64,000 nucleotides of DNA from an uncultured Gemmatimonadales bacterium (GTDB lineage Bacteria > Gemmatimonadota > Gemmatimonadetes > Gemmatimonadales > GWC2-71-9): positions 192,001 to 256,000 of the forward strand of contig CAWHFW010000004.1 of NCBI GenBank assembly GCA_963828735.1, given 5' to 3'. The position numbers and the translations under genes are program-made. Shown in pieces: positions 55,279-64,000 of the stretch. Under the pieces are notes generated by a model. That model was not told the DNA's origin and searched no databases. It was given only the letters and a program-made list of their open reading frames with translations. How positions within the stretch are numbered: position 1 is the first letter of the stretch; each line of letters starts with the position of its first letter.

Positions 55279-57429
55279 ATGCCGGCGAGCCTGGAAGACG
55301 CCCGTCTTCTCCTGCGACAGCACTTCGGACACGGGGACTTCCGCCCCGCGCAGGTTCCGGTCATTCGCTCGGTGCTGGGCCGCCGGGACACGCTGGCCGT
55401 CCTGCCGACCGGTGGAGGAAAGTCGGTCTGTTTCCAGGTTCCCGCTCTCGCGTCCGGCGGACTCACGCTGGTCGTCTCGCCGTTGATCGCGCTGATGCAG
55501 GATCAGGTCGCGGCGGCGGTCGCGCGAGGCATCCCGGCGGCGGCGATGCACAGTGGGGTATCCGAGTCGGAGCGGAAGGGTATCTGGCAGACCCTCGAGG
55601 CAGGATCCCTTCGACTGCTGTACGTCTCGCCCGAGCGGCTCACCCGGCTCGCGCCGGATTTGCAGGCGAGAGGACTGCGTCCCTCGCTTCTCGCGGTCGA
55701 CGAGGCCCACTGCATCGCGGAATGGGGCCATGATTTCCGGCCGAGCTACCGAGCGATCGGCGCCGCGCGCTATCGCCTCGGAAGGCCTCCCGCCGTGGCG
55801 CTCACCGGCAGCGCCACCCCCGAAGTTCGGCAGGACATCGTGCGGGCCCTTCGATTCCGGCCGCACGAGTACGACGAGCACCTCGGCTCGTTTGACCGTG
55901 CCAACCTGTGGTTCGGAGTGGTGCGCGTCCGAAGCGAGCGCGAACGAGTCGCCGCGCTCGTCCGGCTCCTGGCCGACGACGATCGAATGGTCATCGTCTA
56001 CGCCCCCACGCGAAGCGTCACGGAGGCAGTGGCCCAGACGCTCGTCCGCGCGGGGCACCGAGCGGCGCCGTATCATGCGGGCCTTTCCAGGGACCGGCGA
56101 GCCAGCACGCTTGAGACATTCCTCGACGACCGGCTCGACGTCATCGTCGCCACCTGTGCCTTCGGCATGGGCATCGACAAGCCGCAGATCCGAATGGTCG
56201 TACATTGGACCCTGCCCGCCACGCCGGAGGCGTACTACCAGGAGGCGGGGCGCGCGGGCCGCGACGGTGAGTTCGCGCGCTGCGTCCTCCTCTGGCGCGA
56301 CGGCGATGCGGAGCTACACCGGCGCCAGCTCGACGTCACCTTCCCGCCGCGGGCACAGCTGGAAACGATCTGGCGGGGAGGCGGGACCTGCGCCGGCATT
56401 CCAGCCAACGTGATGGCCTCGGCCGACCGGCTTCGCCGGGAGCTGCGGGCTGAGCGCGGTTCGGTGGACTGGTCAGCGGTGTCCGAGCGGCGCCGGAAGG
56501 CCGAGGCCCGCATCGCGGCGATCGAAGGCTACGCCAAGGGACGCCGATGCCGGCGGCAGATGCTCGTCGGCTACTTCGGCGAGCGTCTCGAGCGGTGTGC
56601 CGGGTGTGACCGCTGCCGGTCGCGCACTGTCGCGGTGCCGCGCGAGCCCGCGGTCGAGGCGCGACTCACGCGCCTTCGCGCCGCCGTCGGAGCGCGTCGC
56701 GGGGCGTGGGGCGCGGCGCTGCTCGAGCCCGAAGTGCTGCTCGCGCTCGCGCGTCGGCCACCGGCGGATGCCGCCGCGCTGGCCGACGTGCCGGGCGTGG
56801 GCCCCTCGCTGACAGCCCGCTGGGGTGGCGCGATCCTCCGGGCACTCGGCACCGACAGCGGGCGCGAGAGGGTCGTCGAGGCCGTGAGCACGCGTCGAAT
56901 CGCGCTCGAGGCCTGGCGCCGGCGCGTGGCCAGAGAGGCTGGAGTTCCGGAGTACGTCATCCTCGGAAACGCTGCCCTCGACTCCCTGGTCGCGAGCCCG
57001 TCGCCAACTCTGTCGGGGCTGGGTCCGCGAACGCGGGCCAAGCACGGCGAGGAGCTCCTCCGCCTCGTCGCGGCGTATCCCCCCGGCTATCTTCTGCCCA
57101 TGGATCAGGAGGATGCCGAGATCCTCGAGCGGGTCGGAGCCGGCGAGCGGATCTTCCGCCCCGGGCTGAGCGGGGAGGAGGCTCCCCAGATCTTCGAGGC
57201 GCTGGTCAAGCAGCTGCGGGCGCTTCGGGACCGAGGGTTGCTCGACATACCCGAGCGAGGTGTCGCCTTCGCCGTTTCGGTCGAGGCGAATGCGGACCTG
57301 GTAGCGGGGCCCTGCGATGTGACCGAGGCTGGACGAGCGGCGCTGCGGGCGTTCCGCCAGGCGACGGACGCCGGGATGAGCGCTGGCACGGCGAGCGGCG
57401 ACAACCAGGCACGCTCATACGTTCCTTGA
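55279..57429 (+). CDS. recQ: RecQ-family DNA helicase with HRDC-like domains and an extra C-terminal segment
   Basis: LPTGGGKS, VDEAHCIAEWGHDFRPSY, ATCAFGMGIDK, YYQEAGRAGRDG and CRR..L..YFGE...CAGCDRC motifs. Confidence 0.9.
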   Translation: MPASLEDARLLLRQHFGHGDFRPAQVPVIRSVLGRRDTLAVLPTGGGKSVCFQVPALASGGLTLVVSPLIALMQDQVAAAVARGIPAAAMHSGVSESERKGIWQTLEAGSLRLLYVSPERLTRLAPDLQARGLRPSLLAVDEAHCIAEWGHDFRPSYRAIGAARYRLGRPPAVALTGSATPEVRQDIVRALRFRPHEYDEHLGSFDRANLWFGVVRVRSERERVAALVRLLADDDRMVIVYAPTRSVTEAVAQTLVRAGHRAAPYHAGLSRDRRASTLETFLDDRLDVIVATCAFGMGIDKPQIRMVVHWTLPATPEAYYQEAGRAGRDGEFARCVLLWRDGDAELHRRQLDVTFPPRAQLETIWRGGGTCAGIPANVMASADRLRRELRAERGSVDWSAVSERRRKAEARIAAIEGYAKGRRCRRQMLVGYFGERLERCAGCDRCRSRTVAVPREPAVEARLTRLRAAVGARRGAWGAALLEPEVLLALARRPPADAAALADVPGVGPSLTARWGGAILRALGTDSGRERVVEAVSTRRIALEAWRRRVAREAGVPEYVILGNAALDSLVASPSPTLSGLGPRTRAKHGEELLRLVAAYPPGYLLPMDQEDAEILERVGAGERIFRPGLSGEEAPQIFEALVKQLRALRDRGLLDIPERGVAFAVSVEANADLVAGPCDVTEAGRAALRAFRQATDAGMSAGTASGDNQARSYVP

Positions 57430-57524
57430 CCAATGCCGAGCGAGGCGAGGGCGGCGAGCGGCGCCACCCCGACCTCCGCCACTGAGCGAGCGGACGGCCT
57501 TTCCCTTCACCTCACGACAGACCC

Positions 57525-58742
57525 ATGGACGACTCACTCTATTTCACCGAGCACCACCACCAGGTGCGCGAGATGGTGCGGGAGTTCTCCCAGAGCCACA
57601 TCGCCCCCGTGGCAGCGGAGCTCGACCGCACGTCCAGCTTCCCGTGGGACAACATCAAGGCGATGGGCGAGCTCGGCCTCCTCGGCGTGCCCTGGAGTGA
57701 GGAGCTCGGCGGGGCGGGCATGGACCAGCTGTCGTACTACATCACCATTCACGAGATGGGGAAGGTGGACGCCAGCCATGCGCTCACCATCAGCGCCCAC
57801 ACGAATCTCGGCACGTCGCCCATCGTCGAGTTCGGCACCGAGGCTCAACGCAAGCGCTACGTGCCGCTCCTCGCGAGCGGGCGCGTCCTGGGCGGCTTCG
57901 GCCTCACCGAACCTGGCGCCGGGAGCGACGCGGGCGGCACCGCGACCACGGCGGTGGACAAGGGCGATCACTACCTTCTCAACGGCTCGAAGATCTTCAT
58001 CACGCATGCGGGCGTGGGCGAGATCTTCGTCGTCACGGCGCGCACCGAGCCCGGCCGCGGCAACAAGGGCATCACCAGTTTCATCGTGACCAAGGACACG
58101 GTGGACCTGGAGACGACCCGTGCCCTCGGCATCGGTCACGCGGCGGACATCCCGAAGACGCGCGGCGTGCGCGCCGGGAAGAAACAGGAAAAGATGGGCT
58201 GGCGCGCCAGCGACACGCGCGAGCTCATCTTCGAGGATGCGGTGGTGCCCAAGGAGAATGTCCTCGGCACGGTAGGTGAGGGCTTCATCAACTTCCTCAA
58301 GACGCTCGATGCCGGCCGGATCGGGATCGCGGCCCTCTCCCTCGGAATCGCGGAGGGCGCCTACGACGAGGCTCTGCGGTACGCGGGGGTACGCAAGCAG
58401 TTCGGCCGGCTCATCGGGAGCTTCCAGGGCGTCAACTTCCAGCTGGCCGACATGGCGCTCGAGATCGAGGCCGGGACCCATTTGCTCTATCACGCCGCGT
58501 GGCTCAAGCAGAATGGCCGCCCGTTCAAGAAGGAGGCGGCGATGGCGAAGCTCTTTTGCTCGGAGCTGGCCATGCGGGCAACGACGAAGGCTGTCCAGAT
58601 CTTCGGCGGCTACGGCTACACCACCGAGTACCCCGTCGAGCGGATGATGCGCGACGCCAAGGTCTGCGAGATCGGGGAGGGAACGAGTGAGATTCAGCGG
58701 ATGGTGATCGCTCGCCAGATCCTGGGGCAGGTGGTGGACTGA
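57525..58742 (+). CDS. Acyl-CoA dehydrogenase (short/branched-chain type)
   Basis: GLTEPGAGSDA, NGSKIFIT, KMGWRASDT, QIFGGYGY and EIGEGTSEIQR motifs. Confidence 0.95.
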   Translation: MDDSLYFTEHHHQVREMVREFSQSHIAPVAAELDRTSSFPWDNIKAMGELGLLGVPWSEELGGAGMDQLSYYITIHEMGKVDASHALTISAHTNLGTSPIVEFGTEAQRKRYVPLLASGRVLGGFGLTEPGAGSDAGGTATTAVDKGDHYLLNGSKIFITHAGVGEIFVVTARTEPGRGNKGITSFIVTKDTVDLETTRALGIGHAADIPKTRGVRAGKKQEKMGWRASDTRELIFEDAVVPKENVLGTVGEGFINFLKTLDAGRIGIAALSLGIAEGAYDEALRYAGVRKQFGRLIGSFQGVNFQLADMALEIEAGTHLLYHAAWLKQNGRPFKKEAAMAKLFCSELAMRATTKAVQIFGGYGYTTEYPVERMMRDAKVCEIGEGTSEIQRMVIARQILGQVVD

Positions 58743-58743
58743 G

Positions 58744-58772
58744 TTGCCCTAACCCCTATCGCGACATATAAT
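58744..58772 (+). promoter_or_regulatory. Sigma70 promoter of rne/rng
   Basis: TTGCCC-N17-TATAAT. Confidence 0.8.
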
Positions 58773-58936
58773 TGGCGCAGGTCTGACGCGTCGGTTTCGC
58801 GGGCTCACGTGTGTTCCTGATCGGGCACGCCCCCGGGCCGGCGCGTTCGCATACAGCGGGCCTTTTCATTCCCAGCGTGCTGCGGCGTTTGGATGCGGAG
58901 TGCATGGTGGCGCTCCGCCGCAGCTGAGGGCATCAC

Positions 58937-60665
58937 TTGAAGCGCGAGATCCTGATCAACGGGAGCCAGCGGGAAACCCGCGTGGCCATCCTGGAAGACG
59001 ACCGTTTGGTGGAGCTGCTCGTGGACCGGCCTGATCACCGGCGCACGGTCGGCGACATCTATCTGGGTCGGGTCGAGGCCGTGCTGCCGGGGATCCAGGC
59101 AGCCTTCGTCGACATCGGTCAGGAGAAGAGCGCGTTCCTCCATGCTTCCGACCTGCTCGAGCCGGACGAGGACGAGGACCCGGTCGAGCAAGCGGAGGAC
59201 GAGGTGGCTGACGGAGACGCCCGCCGAGACGTCGGCCGATCCGGCCCCGGCCGAGGAGGCCCCGGGTGAGCGGAAGGGCGGCTGGCGTGCTGGGGATCGC
59301 CGCCGGCGCGGGCGCGGGAATCGGGGTGGGGACGGCGGCAACGGCGGCGCCGCCGCGACCGAACGCGTGTCCAACGGTGGCGAGTCCCGCCAGCGCGAGA
59401 TCTCCTCCCGCCGCCCGCTCCCGAACATCCAGGACATCCTCAAGAAGGGGCAAACCCTCCCCGTTCAGGTCACCAAGGAGCCCATCAGCACGAAGGGCTG
59501 CCGGGTCACCGCACAGATCTCCCTCCCCGGACGCTTCCTCGTCTACATGCCGTACGCCTCGAAGGTGGGCGTGAGCCGGAAGATCGAGAGCCGGGAGCAG
59601 CGGTCCAAGCTCCGCGAGATGGTCACCAAGCTCCTGCCGAAGGATGCCGGCGGCGTGATCGTCCGAACGGTGGCCGAGGGGGTGACCGAGGAGCATTTCC
59701 GGCGCGAGATCGACTCGCTGCTGGCGCTCTGGAAGAAGATCAACCGCAAGAAGACGTTCGTTCGGCGGGCTCCGGCGCTGCTCCAACGGGAAACCAGCCT
59801 CACGCGCGGCATCATTCGCGATCTCTTCAGCGCCAAGGTGGACGCGCTGCACGTGGACTCGCGAGAGCTGTACAACGAGATCGAGCAGTATCTCGCCCAG
59901 ATCGATCCCGAGCTCATCAACCGGGTGCATCTCTACTCCGAGCCCACTCCGCTGTTCGACAAGTTCGACATCGAGTCGGAGATCCGCGACCTGTTCAAGG
60001 CGCGCGTCGAGCTTCCCACCGGCGGATCGCTGATCATCCAGCCGACGGAAGCGCTCATCAGCATCGACGTCAACACGGGCCGGTATACGGGGAAGAAGGA
60101 TCCGGAGAAGACCATTCTCCGCACCAACATCGAGGCGGCACGAGAGATCGCCCGGCAGATCCGCCTCCGCGACATCGGCGGCATCATCGTCTGCGACTTC
60201 ATCGACATGGAGACCCGGTCCAACCGCGACAAGGTGCTCCAGGAGCTGCGCACCCATCTGGGCCGCGACCGGGCCCGCACCAAGGCGTTGGCAGTGTCCG
60301 AGCTCGGGCTGGTGGAGATGACCCGGCAGCGCGTGCGGCCATCGCTCTGGCACTCGATGACGACGGATTGCCCGACCTGCGCCGCCAGCGGTCGGGTGTT
60401 CACGCCCGAGGTCGTGACCCGGCGCCTCGAGCGGGCGCTCAAGCGCGCCGGACACGAGCACCGGGAACGCCAGCTGACGATCCGCCTGCACCCCGAGGTG
60501 GCGCTCTACCTGCTCGAGGAGGAGCCCAAGCTGCTTCAGACGCTCTCGAAGCTCACCAGCCTCGACCTGGAGCTCCGCGATGATCCGATGATGCGGCTGG
60601 ACGAGTTCCGCCTCATGAGCAGACCCGCCGGACGTGACGTGACCGAGCTGTACGCCGTGGCGTAG
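58937..60665 (+). CDS. Rne/Rng-family ribonuclease; frameshift near 59210
   Basis: S1 start GDIYLGRV...AAFVDIG..KSAFLH in one frame; VQVTKEPISTKG, IDVNTG, RLRDIGGIIVCDFIDM and CPTC in the next. Confidence 0.92.
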
Positions 60666-60702
60666 GGGCGGGGGTCCTGAGATTGGCGGGGCAGGAGTCC
60701 CC

Positions 60703-60731
60703 TTGCTTCAACCCCATCCGCCGTCTATGTT
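60703..60731 (+). promoter_or_regulatory. Putative sigma70 promoter of rplU-rpmA
   Basis: TTGCTT-N17-TATGTT. Confidence 0.6.
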
Positions 60732-60772
60732 TAGCGGCTAACGTCGTTCCAAACCCAGCAAACGGGCATCCC

Positions 60773-61087
60773 ATGTACGCGATTTTCCGGGCCTTGGGCA
60801 AGCAGTTCCGGGCCGAAAAGGGCAAGACGATCCGGCTTCCTCTGATGGACGCCGAGGCCGGGACCAAGGTCACCTTCGATGAGGTGCTGCTCTCCTCCGA
60901 CGGTGAGACCATTCGGGCCGGCAGCCCGCTGGTCGCCGGGGCCAAGGTCGAGGCCGAGGTGGTTGGCATGGGCAAGGAGCCCAAGATCTACGTGTTCAAG
61001 TTCAAGCGGCGGAAGAACTACCGCCGGAAGACCGGGCATCGGCAGAAGTACACCGAGGTCCGCATCACCGACGTCACCCTCGGCTGA
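60773..61087 (+). CDS. rplU: 50S ribosomal protein L21
   Basis: [13 protein letters not shown] and [15 protein letters not shown] motifs. Confidence 0.97.
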   Translation: MYAIFRALGKQFRAEKGKTIRLPLMDAEAGTKVTFDEVLLSSDGETIRAGSPLVAGAKVEAEVVGMGKEPKIYVFKFKRRKNYRRKTGHRQKYTEVRITDVTLG

Positions 61088-61094
61088 GGCACCC

Positions 61095-61364
61095 ATGGCA
61101 CACAAGAAGGGCGTAGGCTCCAGCCGGAACGGGCGGACCAGCAACCCCCAGTATCTCGGCATCAAGCGCTACGGCGGGGAGCAGGTGGTCGCGGGCAACA
61201 TCCTGGTTCGGCAGCGCGGCACCAAGTTCCACGCGGGCAGGAACGTTCGTCGCGCCAACGACGATACCCTGTTCGCCCTGGTGGACGGCGTCGTGAAGTT
61301 CGAGTTCAAGGACAAGAACCGGCAGAAGGTCTCGGTCTACCCCGCGGAACAGGCAGCCTCCTAG
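61095..61364 (+). CDS. rpmA: 50S ribosomal protein L27
   Basis: [14 protein letters not shown] and [11 protein letters not shown] motifs. Confidence 0.98.
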   Translation: MAHKKGVGSSRNGRTSNPQYLGIKRYGGEQVVAGNILVRQRGTKFHAGRNVRRANDDTLFALVDGVVKFEFKDKNRQKVSVYPAEQAAS

Positions 61365-61381
61365 GCCCTGTCCACGCGGTC

Positions 61382-61415
61382 GAAGGGGCGCGGCGTCAGG
61401 CCGCGCCCCTTTTTC
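61382..61415 (+). terminator. Rho-independent terminator after rpmA
   Basis: AAGGGGCGCGGC-GTCAG-GCCGCGCCCCTT followed by a T-run. Confidence 0.85.
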
Positions 61416-61523
61416 GTGCCTATACTTCCGTATACTTCAGGAGCCGGCCGACGGATGACGCGATGGAGGACATCCGGACCAGGCCTCATGTCGTGCGCGG
61501 CCACACGATTTCCGGAGGGTGCG

Positions 61524-61907
61524 ATGACGAGATCCACGATCCTAGATCGGCTGAACCAGGAGCTCGAGCTGTTCGGGCGGAAGGCACAGGCCGCCCTCGA
61601 CGAGGGCAAGCTGCAGATCGAGCAGATGCGGGTTCGCCGGAGACGGGATAGCCTGGCCCGTGATCTGGGCCTGCTGGTGCACCGGCGGGAGCGAGGGAGC
61701 GAGGTGGAGCCGCGGCGAGTGGAATCGCTCTTGTCGCGCCTCGACGATCTCGAGGCCGAGCTCAAGCGGGTGGGTCAGGAACTGGCCGAAGCGCAGCGTC
61801 AACGCCCGTCGCGCGCGCCGAGCCAGCCACGTCGACCGCCGGCCGGCGAGCCCAGGAGCTCGACCGCCGGTGAGCCGCGAGAGCCGACGGCCGGCGCCAC
61901 GATGTAG
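61524..61907 (+). CDS. Hypothetical coiled-coil protein
   Basis: GGAGG RBS, GC-biased codons and helical/coiled-coil sequence. Confidence 0.7.
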   Translation: MTRSTILDRLNQELELFGRKAQAALDEGKLQIEQMRVRRRRDSLARDLGLLVHRRERGSEVEPRRVESLLSRLDDLEAELKRVGQELAEAQRQRPSRAPSQPRRPPAGEPRSSTAGEPREPTAGATM

Positions 61908-61929
61908 TCGCGGTTCAGGCAGACGCGGC

Positions 61930-62635
61930 TCAGACCCTCGCGGCCGACCCACCCCGGGCCGCGAGCGCGACCCGGATGCGGTCCGGGTAATTGCCGCACA
62001 ACCCATCCACGCCCAGCCGCGCGAGATGCTCCAGGTCGCCCACTTCGTTGACTGTCCAGGCGACGATGCGGCTCCCGGCCGAGTGCACCGCGTTCACGAG
62101 CTCCTGATCCACGAGCTGCCACTCCTGCCAGAGCGTCGTCGCGCCGACCGCGCAGAGCGCGCCGACCGGATCGTCGAGGTAGGCCGAGAGCAGGATGCCA
62201 CGCGGTAGCGAGGGCCGCTGCTCGCCGAGCCGGCGGACGATCCGGTGATCGAAGCTGTGGATGGCGTAGCGCTGCGGCGCGGGTCCCGCGTCGAGCACCG
62301 AGAGAGAGCGCCTGGTCATGCACGCCGGGCAGGCTCTTCACCTCCACCCACACATCGTGATCGCCCAGGAGCTCCAGCACTTCCTGCAGCAAGGGGAGCG
62401 TCTCCCCGTTGCGGATCCGGACCTGCCTGGCTTCCGCCGCGGTCAGCAGCGCGATCGGGCCGACGCCGGGAAGATCGGCGTCGTGGTGCACCACGATCGC
62501 GCCGTCCCGGGTCGCATGGACGTCGAGCTCGACTCCATCGGCGTCCAGCATGATCGCCCGGCGGAAGGCGGCGCGTGAGTTCTCGTATTCGTACCCTGAC
62601 GCGCCGCGATGGGCGATGACGCTCGTTCGTCGCAT
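61930..62635 (-). CDS. Glycerophosphodiester phosphodiesterase; frameshift near 62300-62310
   Basis: IAHRGASG..ENS, ELDVH.T.DG..VVHHD and EVKS in one frame; HSFDH and AWTVN..GVDG in the next. Confidence 0.88.
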
Positions 62636-62692
62636 GGCCCCAAAGGTAGTCCCGCTTAACGGACCCGTCCAACCAACGTCAACCGGCTCCGG

Positions 62693-63242
62693 ATGAGCGC
62701 GCGAGCGACGCCCGATCCCCCGACAGATGCGGCTCTTGCGGCCGCTTACCGACACGGCGACGAGCGAGCGGCCACCGAGCTCGTCCGTCGCCACGCCGGG
62801 GCCCTCGGCCGCTTTCTCTACGCCTCCGGCGCGCCGCCCAGCGACGTGGACGACCTGGTCCAGGACGCCTTCTTCCGGGCGTTTCGAGGTCTGGGGAGCT
62901 GGCGCGGCGAAGCCTCCTTTCGGAGCTGGTTGTTCACCATCGCCGGCAACGTGCTCCGCGACGAGTACAGAAGGCGGAAGGGGCGTCAGATGCTCCCGCT
63001 GGACGACCGAGACATCGTGGACCGCGCCGATCCCCACGCCGATCTGACCGCCTCCGAGGCCGAGGCAGCGCGTGCGCGAAGGCCTGGCCCGCCTCCCGAG
63101 ACTCCAGCGTGAGGTGTTCCTGCTCCGGGTTCAGCAGGGCTCGGCCTACGAGGAGATCGCCGCTGCGCTCGGCACGACGCCGGGCGCCGCCCGAGTGCAC
63201 TACCACCACGCCGTAAAGCGTCTGAAGGAGCTGGTCCGATGA
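62693..63242 (+). CDS. ECF RNA polymerase sigma factor; frameshift near 63065
   Basis: Region 2 DLVQDAF..FRSWLFTIAGN; region 4 LPRLQREVFLLR..SAYEEIA..LG....ARVHYHHA in the shifted frame. Confidence 0.88.
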
Positions 63243-63846
63243 CTATGTGCACCCATCTGTCCGACCGGATGCCGGAGATCGCGCTCGGCCGCGACCGGTG
63301 GACGCGCCGAGGACGAGCGTCATCTGGCGGCGTGCGAGGACTGTCGCGCGGAGTGGGCGATCGTCTCGGCGGCGAGCCGGGTGGGCCTCTCGGTCTCGCC
63401 GACGGATCCGGAGGGGATGGCCGCCCGGATACTGGAGCGCGTGCGCGCCGAGCCAGCGGGGCGTCCCGTCGCGCGTCCCGCGCCGGGTGCTCGCGGGGCT
63501 GGCGGCCGCGGCCGCGGTGGCGCTGGTGGTCTGGGCCGGGCGCAGAGGTCGTGATGCGGCCCCCATCCCCGAGACCGCGCCGCCGTCGGTGGCGTCATCG
63601 CCCGGGACCCCGTCACCGGACACTCCTGCGCAGCCCCCGTCGCCACCGGATGTGGCGAGGGGAGCATCCGCGGGCGCGCCGGTCGATCTCCCGCTGCCGG
63701 AGCTCGACAGCCTGCCGGCGGAGGTCCTCGATTCGATGCTGCGGACGCTCGACGACCCGCTGGCGCACGTGGGGGCGTACGACCTTCCTCCCGACGAGTC
63801 CGGCGATCGAGAGCTGGAGCAAGTGCTCGCCAGCCTGGAGGGCTGA
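63239..63846 (+). CDS. ZAS (zf-HC2) transmembrane anti-sigma factor; two apparent frameshifts
   Basis: ATGA overlap with the sigma gene; HLAACEDC (HxxxCxxC) and a TM helix LAGLAAAAAVALVVW lie in successive frames. Confidence 0.75.
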
Positions 63847-64000
63847 TGCGTACCAACTCGTGGCTCGCGCTGGCTGTTGCGCTCATCGTCGTGGGCCGTC
63901 CCGTGCGGGCGCAGGAACCGACGCCCGATCGCCCTCGCCCGGAGGAGCTGCGGCGTCGCGTGCGGGAGCACTTCGCGGAACGCATTCAGGAGGAGCTCAA
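63846..64000 (+). CDS. Secreted helical protein, possibly Spy/CpxP-like (partial)
   Basis: MRTNSWLALAVALIVVGRPVRAQ signal peptide, then EELRRRVREHFAERIQEEL; follows the sigma/anti-sigma pair. Confidence 0.6.
   Translation, partial: MRTNSWLALAVALIVVGRPVRAQEPTPDRPRPEELRRRVREHFAERIQEEL

Noticed and set aside
59190..59230. Programmed ribosomal frameshift in rne
   Set aside because: There is no slippery heptamer, and the same one-base-insertion pattern recurs in unrelated neighbouring genes

Overview
A high-GC (roughly 70%) bacterial chromosomal segment with about 62 genes, mostly on the + strand. It contains no rRNA, tRNA, CRISPR array or mobile element. Gene content and order suggest Gemmatimonadota, but this is inference only. 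In order, it contains: (1) htrA and truA, then a trp cluster split by a reverse-oriented lexA and by a HEAT-repeat/HD-GYP gene pair between trpB and trpA, running on into a GAF chemoreceptor, folK, panBC and yqeK. (2) A compact serine-cycle (C1 assimilation) cluster: gck divergent from sgaA-mcl-mtkA-mtkB-hpr-ppc. (3) rlmN, ptsN-like, aspS, phoH, pgpH-like, ybeY, two corC paralogs, mgtE and ubiB-like. (4) A sigma54 two-component system flanked by two sigma54 promoters that share an upstream motif. (5) A B12 acyl-CoA mutase region whose mutase has isobutyryl-CoA-mutase signature residues, with an eRF1-like gene, a TPP-II-like lipoprotein and AtuA-like genes. (6) recQ, an acyl-CoA dehydrogenase, rne/rng, rplU-rpmA, a GDPD and an ECF sigma/ZAS anti-sigma pair. 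The best leads are the serine-cycle cluster, a candidate direct-repeat LexA operator (TTCGG-N6-TTCGG, twice) shared with the trp operon start, the sigma54 mini-regulon with a possible sRNA, and the HEAT/HD-GYP pair sharing an unnamed N-terminal domain. Several single-base frameshifts after 51.9 kb are probably sequencing errors.
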